Sequence record: MK250029.1
Strand: one strand, 5' to 3'
Length of the DNA stretch: 32,000 nt
DNA from: Prevotella phage Lak-C1
The notes beneath the pieces were generated by a model. It worked only from the letters and a program-made list of their open reading frames with translations. It was not told the DNA's origin and did not search any database. The translations under genes and the position numbers were made by a program. Shown here piece by piece: positions 26,348 through 32,000 of this stretch (positions are counted from its first letter, which is position 1; the number at the start of each line of letters is the position of its first letter).

Positions 26348-26719
26348 ATGATTAGAGAATTATACTGTAAATTACCGACGGATCTTGATTACGAACCAAA
26401 GGTTGAGTCTACTGATGAAATATTTAATCTATTACAATAGATAAGAGTTGTTCTTGGTACAAAACCTGGAGAAGTTTTAGGAACACCAATGTTCGGTTGT
26501 AATCTTGAAAAATACTTATTTAGAATGAATCTAGATAAAGATGAAATTCTTACAGCGATAAGATAGGAAATATTAGATTATGTATATTATGATTCTAATA
26601 AATGGAATTTATCTATAGATGTTTTATTCGGAAAAAATGCGAATGATCCATATGAATATGCATTAATAGATATTAGTATAAATGAAAAGAAATGTTTAGG
26701 TATTATTGTAAATCAGCAA
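26348..26719 (+). CDS. Baseplate wedge protein, gp25/GPW-like, 123 aa
   Basis: ATG 26348 to TAA 26717-26719 in frame 2 with two TAGs read as Gln. 'NLLQQIRVVLGTKPGEVLGTPMFGCNLEKYLF' matches the GPW_gp25 pattern (Q..i..iLgT.pGE....p.fG..l..ylF). Absent from the supplied track because of recoding. Confidence 0.8.
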
Positions 26720-26734
26720 TAATACATTATAAAT

Positions 26735-26774
26735 AATAAAAGAGGATAATTCAGAAATGAGTTATCCTCTTTTT
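26735..26774 (+). terminator. Rho-independent terminator-like hairpin after the gp25-like gene
   Basis: AAAAGAGGATAA / TTATCCTCTTTT, about 12-bp stem with about a 15-nt loop and trailing T-tract, in the 97-nt gap before the next ORF. Coordinates approximate by a few bases. Confidence 0.75.
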
Positions 26775-26816
26775 CTATAATAAATATCTAAAATAAAAGG
26801 AATATTTAGAAGAACT

Positions 26817-27071
26817 ATGCCAAGATTTAAATATATTAATTCATTTACAGAGAAAGAAGATCATATGTATGATGATTATAAAAACTTAGGTTATAACTAT
26901 AAACATCATATATTAAAGAATGTTATATCACCCGAATTATTTGCGAATCCTATGAATGATGTTATTTTCAGGCAAATAGAAAAATTATTTGAATTCCTTA
27001 TAGATTCTGTTAAGCAAATAAAATTGGCATACGCATATACATATCCTAAAAATGCAACAAATTTAAATTGA
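26817..27071 (+). CDS. Small phage protein of unknown function, 84 aa (MPRFKYINSFTEKEDHMYDDYKNLGYNYKHHILK...)
   Basis: Intact under either code, ends TGA 27069-27071; sits between the baseplate genes with tight spacing to the next gene. Confidence 0.7.
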   Translation: MPRFKYINSFTEKEDHMYDDYKNLGYNYKHHILKNVISPELFANPMNDVIFRQIEKLFEFLIDSVKQIKLAYAYTYPKNATNLN

Positions 27072-27081
27072 TAATTGAAAA

Positions 27082-30000
27082 ATGAGTAATATAGATCAAA
27101 GAGATAAATTAGTTTTTTATACAGAAAAAGGATATGAAATTCCCGTTGAAAAAACATATAGTATTCAATGGGAAATAATACCACATGCATAGTTAAAATC
27201 ATATTTTATTCAGAATCCAAAAGGTCATTTTATGTATGATATTGATGATCCAGATCATATATTAACTGTTGAATTTGATAATAACGGTTTATTTAATTAT
27301 GCTGATAATATAAAAGTTAATACAGGTATTATAAATCACGAAACTGGAACTTCTGTAGAACCTCCCATTAATAATATTACTGAATTAATATTGTTTAATA
27401 AAGAATATAAATATAAAAAATCTATTGGTACAATATTTGATAATTCAGATGGAAAATGGAAAGAACACTTTGAAGATGTTACTGTAAATATTTATAATAC
27501 AGTAAGATTAACATTTAATACATTAGTTGGTTCAATTACATAGGATTATCCTATAAATTATATATTTGATAGTTCTGTTTGTGGTGTATCTGATAGTAGT
27601 AGTAATAATAATGAGTATATACATAAGTATAATAATGAGTATAAGTATTATAATAATCATTATCATTCTAATTATAAAATTTTAACTAATTTAACACTTA
27701 CATTATTAGATAATAATAAAGAAGCGTTAGGTTAGAAAACATTTGTTAATTATCTTATTAAAAATAATTTTAAATATGAAGATTTATTTCCATGTGTAAG
27801 GTATATAGGTTCAATTACATAGGATAAAGTTTCTACAGAATTAGTGGCTGCTAGCACATTTATAATATTGGATGAAAATGGAGATAGACCTAATTTTAAT
27901 GGTGCAACAGATAACTATTATTTAAAATTTGAATTTCAGAAAGATTCTGAAATGAAATTTATTTCATCTGATAGTGTTGCTAATATTATTTGGGAAGATT
28001 CACATGAAGTTAAGTCAAATATAATATCGGATGCACATAATCCGTTTAATAACGATACTAATACACCAATATATTTTTCTGTTGGTTTCTAGGCAGTAGT
28101 GGAAGGATGTTATCAAAATATAATGGCAATGTATATTGTCACCAAAAAAGATAAGATAGAAAAGAAATATATATTAGGCTTATTTACATTCTTAACTGAA
28201 GTAGTTGGTGAAGACGAAAGATATAGAGCTTTATTAGGAAATCTCGGTATACCAGATCCTGTAAAATATCCAAATATATTTAAATCACAGGATTCTGATG
28301 AACAAGGAGTTGATTGGACATTAATTAATGATAAGTCAAAAGAACTTATGATTAATTATGATAATATATTCCCATATGTTGGAACCTATAAGGCATTAAT
28401 GGGAGCTATTAAATTCTTAGGATACGGTGATTTAATATTTAAAGAATGGTATAAAATAAAGGATTAGAATAATAAAGACAGATATGTAACTTTATAGACA
28501 TATGATTTATAGAAAGGTGAATCTTTAAATACAAAGTTAAAGAAAATAGGTGTTACATATGGTGAATTCGAACGTTATAAAAAAATAAACAGATTATCAA
28601 TGATATATCATCTTAATGAAATAGATGATGAAACAGGTGAATATCTTGATATGTATACACGTCGTCTCGATAATCCAGCAAAAGATAATCCTACAACTGC
28701 ACCAGAATCTGGTTTATATAAAGCATCATATAAAGATACACATCATTAGATTTTGGATTCATCTAATTTTACATAGAAACATACTTATTTTCAACTTCCT
28801 ATAACAAAAACTATTTATGAATATAGAACAGATGAAATATTAGCAAAACTCTTTTCTGTTAAATAGTGGTTAGAAAAATATATTTTGGGAGTTAACTGTT
28901 TTATATCAGATATATGTGGTGAAGGTATAATAGTAGAACGCTTGAAAAATCAAGCTTATGTCACATAGCATCATCTTTAGGATATTACTACAATATCTAA
29001 AGTGACTCCAAAGATTATAAAATATAATCCAAATATATATGTTTCAATTGATTCATCAAATAATGAAATTCACACAGATACTATATTAAATACATCTCAT
29101 TTAGATTCGTCAATAGATGATGAATGCATCAATGATATTTTATTTAGAAATTCAACAGCAGTATTAAGATGTTCATTAAATGAATTTGATTCTTTAACGA
29201 TTGGTGATTATGATGATTTCGAAATAGAAGATTTTATTATAGATACATCAACACCAAATGATAAAGTTGGAACAGTTTATATTTCGGCACCTTTAGAAAC
29301 ATTAGTAACTGTAAATGAATATCAATTTCAGTTAACAAATAAAAATGTATCTTCTGGAACACTTGCAGAATTTACAGATACACGTTATATAAACAATCCT
29401 ATTCTTATATAGGATAATGAAATCTTATTTTATGATGATACAAAGAATTTCACAAAAATTGATAATAAAGAATTGCCTATTATAGAAATAACACAGGGTA
29501 ATTTAAGATATTGTCATGGTGATTGGAAATCTAATATCGCGTATTCTATAAATGTTGTTTCTGATTAGAAATCAGGAAAAGAATATTATGCATTATATGA
29601 AACAGAAACAGATGAACCTGTTTATAAAGATTTTCAGAAAGTTATTTTATACCCAATGGAATCAGAAAGACATTATGATAAGTATAAATTATATTGGGCA
29701 TAGAGAACTGATAAGAAAATGAGTTCAAAACAATATAATGGATTAAATTCTGAATTTATATATACATCTTAGAATAAGTGGAATGTACCTCAGATTATTA
29801 TTCGTAATTATAAATGTGGTAATAATGATGAATTACTTCCAGGCGATTATATTCTTGAAATTATAGAAGGACGTATATTATTCAGAAATAAACAGTCTGA
29901 TTTAAATATCAATAATGGTAAAGCATATGGATGTGAATTAGAATTCGGTGAAGAATTAGAAAGTAGTGAACAACCCATTAATGTAAATTATACATATATG

Positions 30001-32000
30001 TCTGATAGAGTTCCTATATATACTATAGATTCTTTAAAGAATGTTAAAACACAGGATGATATAGAAAAATGTGTACATACAAACAAATATGTGGATGTTT
30101 CTGTAAATAGATTAGGTAATTATACAGTATCAGTAAATGCATATGATTATTACAATAATATATTTGTTAATCAGAGTGATGATATAACAACAGTTACAAC
30201 AAAACCTATAAGTCTCGATATTATTCTTAATGAATCTGAATTAGTTAATAATAAAGATTTTTATCATTATAATGCTAAAGGTACTTATATGAATAATAGT
30301 GAAACTAATACATTATTTGATAGTATTAATGAAAATGGAGATTATCCAATTTATCCATAGACATATAGAATATATGATATTGATCCTATTGTAGATAGTC
30401 CAAATACTATAGAATATGATAATATATCTTATGCAATAGATACACCTAAACCTGGAAACTTTATTATATTTAATAACTTTACAGAACAAGTTTTAAATAT
30501 AACAAAAACTAATGATATATATAAATTTACATTAGTTGATGAAAGTCCAAATAGAGAAATATTACAGAATTCATCTTATGTTGGTTTATGTATATATGAT
30601 TGTATACAAAAAGATATATTAGTTGATATATATCCGTTTGAAGTACAAAAATTCTATACATTTGATTCTTCAATAGTAGATTCATCATATTATCGTTTTG
30701 ATGCAAATAATTCTTATATAACAGTTAAAGACACATCTAATATGTTAAATGCTAGCGCATTTAAAGATATTTATGAAAAATCAATTGAATCCTCTGTTAA
30801 TTCATCAATTAATTCATCTGCATTTTTTACAAATTCTATAAATGCATATGTATATACTGCTAATGAACATGTATTTGAACCAAATGATGAAATAATATTA
30901 GATACATCAAATATATTATCTTATATTCATACATCTAATAAAAAACAGTATTTCATGAAGAATTAGGTTATCAAAATTTGTTATGCAGATGAAACAGTCA
31001 TACATAATGATTATACTGATAAAGCTATAGATAATGAAACTGCATATCGTATTATTAATGTTAATCAAAATGAAGATAAAACATTTACATATACAATAAA
31101 TGGTTTAATAGATCTTGATAAACTTAATAATAAGTTATATCATAATAATGCATGTAGAGATATGAGTACAGGTGGTAAGTTAATTACTAAAAAACCATAT
31201 AAATTAAAAATGTGTCCAGCACATTTAAGAGCTGCACAGTATGTATTACGTGTAAATGGTTATGGTGAGGAATTTACATCAAGATATAACAAAGGTGTAG
31301 TTTAGAGAACAACTGTAACATATGATCCTAAATCATTATTATTTGATAGTTATCTTGATACAACTTATTCTGCATAGATATTTGATTATGATCCTAAATT
31401 ATTATAGAATATATGGATAAATGCAAAACTTCAATATGAAGATGAAGCACTTTATATCTATAGAGATAAACCTGTTACAATATCAAAAGGTAGAAATATT
31501 ATATTAAGACCTGATACTTCATAGAATATATTATCTGAAAAGTTTAATGGTATAGATGTACCATTAAGAATTCATTGGAATTGGAAATCTTATATTATAG
31601 ATGATCATGAAACATTTGAATCAGAACAAGGTTTAATAGATAAGCAAGTTGTATTTAAATCTGCAAATAAAATATTATCGATTAAACCAGAATTATTAGG
31701 TTCTCAATCGCCTAATATGATATGTTGTGATGTATATGGAAACCGTGTTATAAATGAAGCAGATGGATTTGTATATGTAGATGCAGATGGAAGTAATAAT
31801 ACTGTTGGTAAATTCGAAGAAGGTACAAGAAATGTTATGTATAAAGAAGTAGTTATTGTTGGCTTTGATGTATAGTTTAGTCCATTAAATACATTATCTA
31901 CATATGGAGAAACTGCAACATATACAATAAGTGAAACTGGTTCTTCAAATGAAAATACAAATAATATATCATTTAAATATAAGATATATTATAGTGATGG
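27082..32000 (+). CDS. Very large baseplate/tail structural protein, at least 1639 aa, truncated by the window end (MSNIDQRDKLVFYTEKGYEIPVEKTYSIQWEIIPHAQLKSYF...)
   Basis: Frame 1 open from ATG 27082 to the window end with TAG sense; merges track ORFs 27232, 27844, 28099, 29002, 29998 and 30742. Position directly after gp6/gp25-like genes and a 'YDNIFPYVGTYKALMGAIKFLGYGDLIFKEWY' segment reminiscent of a tail protein I-like/wedge module. Confidence 0.85.
27595..27675 (+). repeat. In-frame low-complexity AGT/AAT/TAT-rich tract encoding SSSNNNEYIHKYNNEYKYYNNHYHSNY
   Basis: Direct read: (agt)3(aat)3 followed by repeated aag-tat-aat-aat-gag-tat-like units, kept in frame within the large CDS. Confidence 0.75.

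Noticed and set aside
1-32000. Widespread gene decay/pseudogenisation or frameshift sequencing errors explaining short ORFs
   Set aside because: Fragments of each gene are all in one frame and separated only by TAG; no in-frame TAA or TGA was found in the parts checked, and genes end with compact overlaps or terminators.
1-32000. Suppressor tRNA (CTA anticodon) or other tRNA genes, CRISPR array, transposon, reverse transcriptase/DGR in the window
   Set aside because: Nearly all sequence is accounted for by tightly packed CDSs and the few gaps are 155 nt or less with no recognisable cloverleaf, direct-repeat array or RT motif. No covariance search could be run.

Overview
This 32 kb AT-rich window reads as the tail/baseplate/fibre region of a large phage with a contractile-type baseplate that has reassigned TAG from stop to sense, most likely Gln (genetic code 15). 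The supplied standard-code ORF track is fragmented because of this. Reading TAG as Gln collapses about 35 fragments into 14 nearly back-to-back genes, which end in TAA (11 genes) or TGA (2 genes, at 18862-18864 and 27069-27071); the last gene runs off the window. No gene ends in TAG. Layout: plus-strand block 1-14887 (739 aa, 2514 aa and two collagen-like-tipped proteins of 380 and 1289 aa); minus-strand block 14930-22199 (SLOG-like protein, 232 aa, 949 aa, 890 aa and a RuvC-like nuclease); plus-strand block 22355-32000 (260 aa, S74-chaperone fibre, gp6-like wedge, gp25-like wedge, 84 aa, and a >1600 aa baseplate-like protein). Convergent genes are separated by a perfect 14-bp hairpin. TAG recoding plus gp6/gp25-like baseplate genes, very large virion proteins and very low GC argue for a Lak-like or similar huge phage of gut Bacteroidota rather than a podoviral crAss-like phage. 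That assignment is inference. No tRNA, CRISPR array, transposase or reverse transcriptase was recognised. All coordinates and translations were derived by hand.
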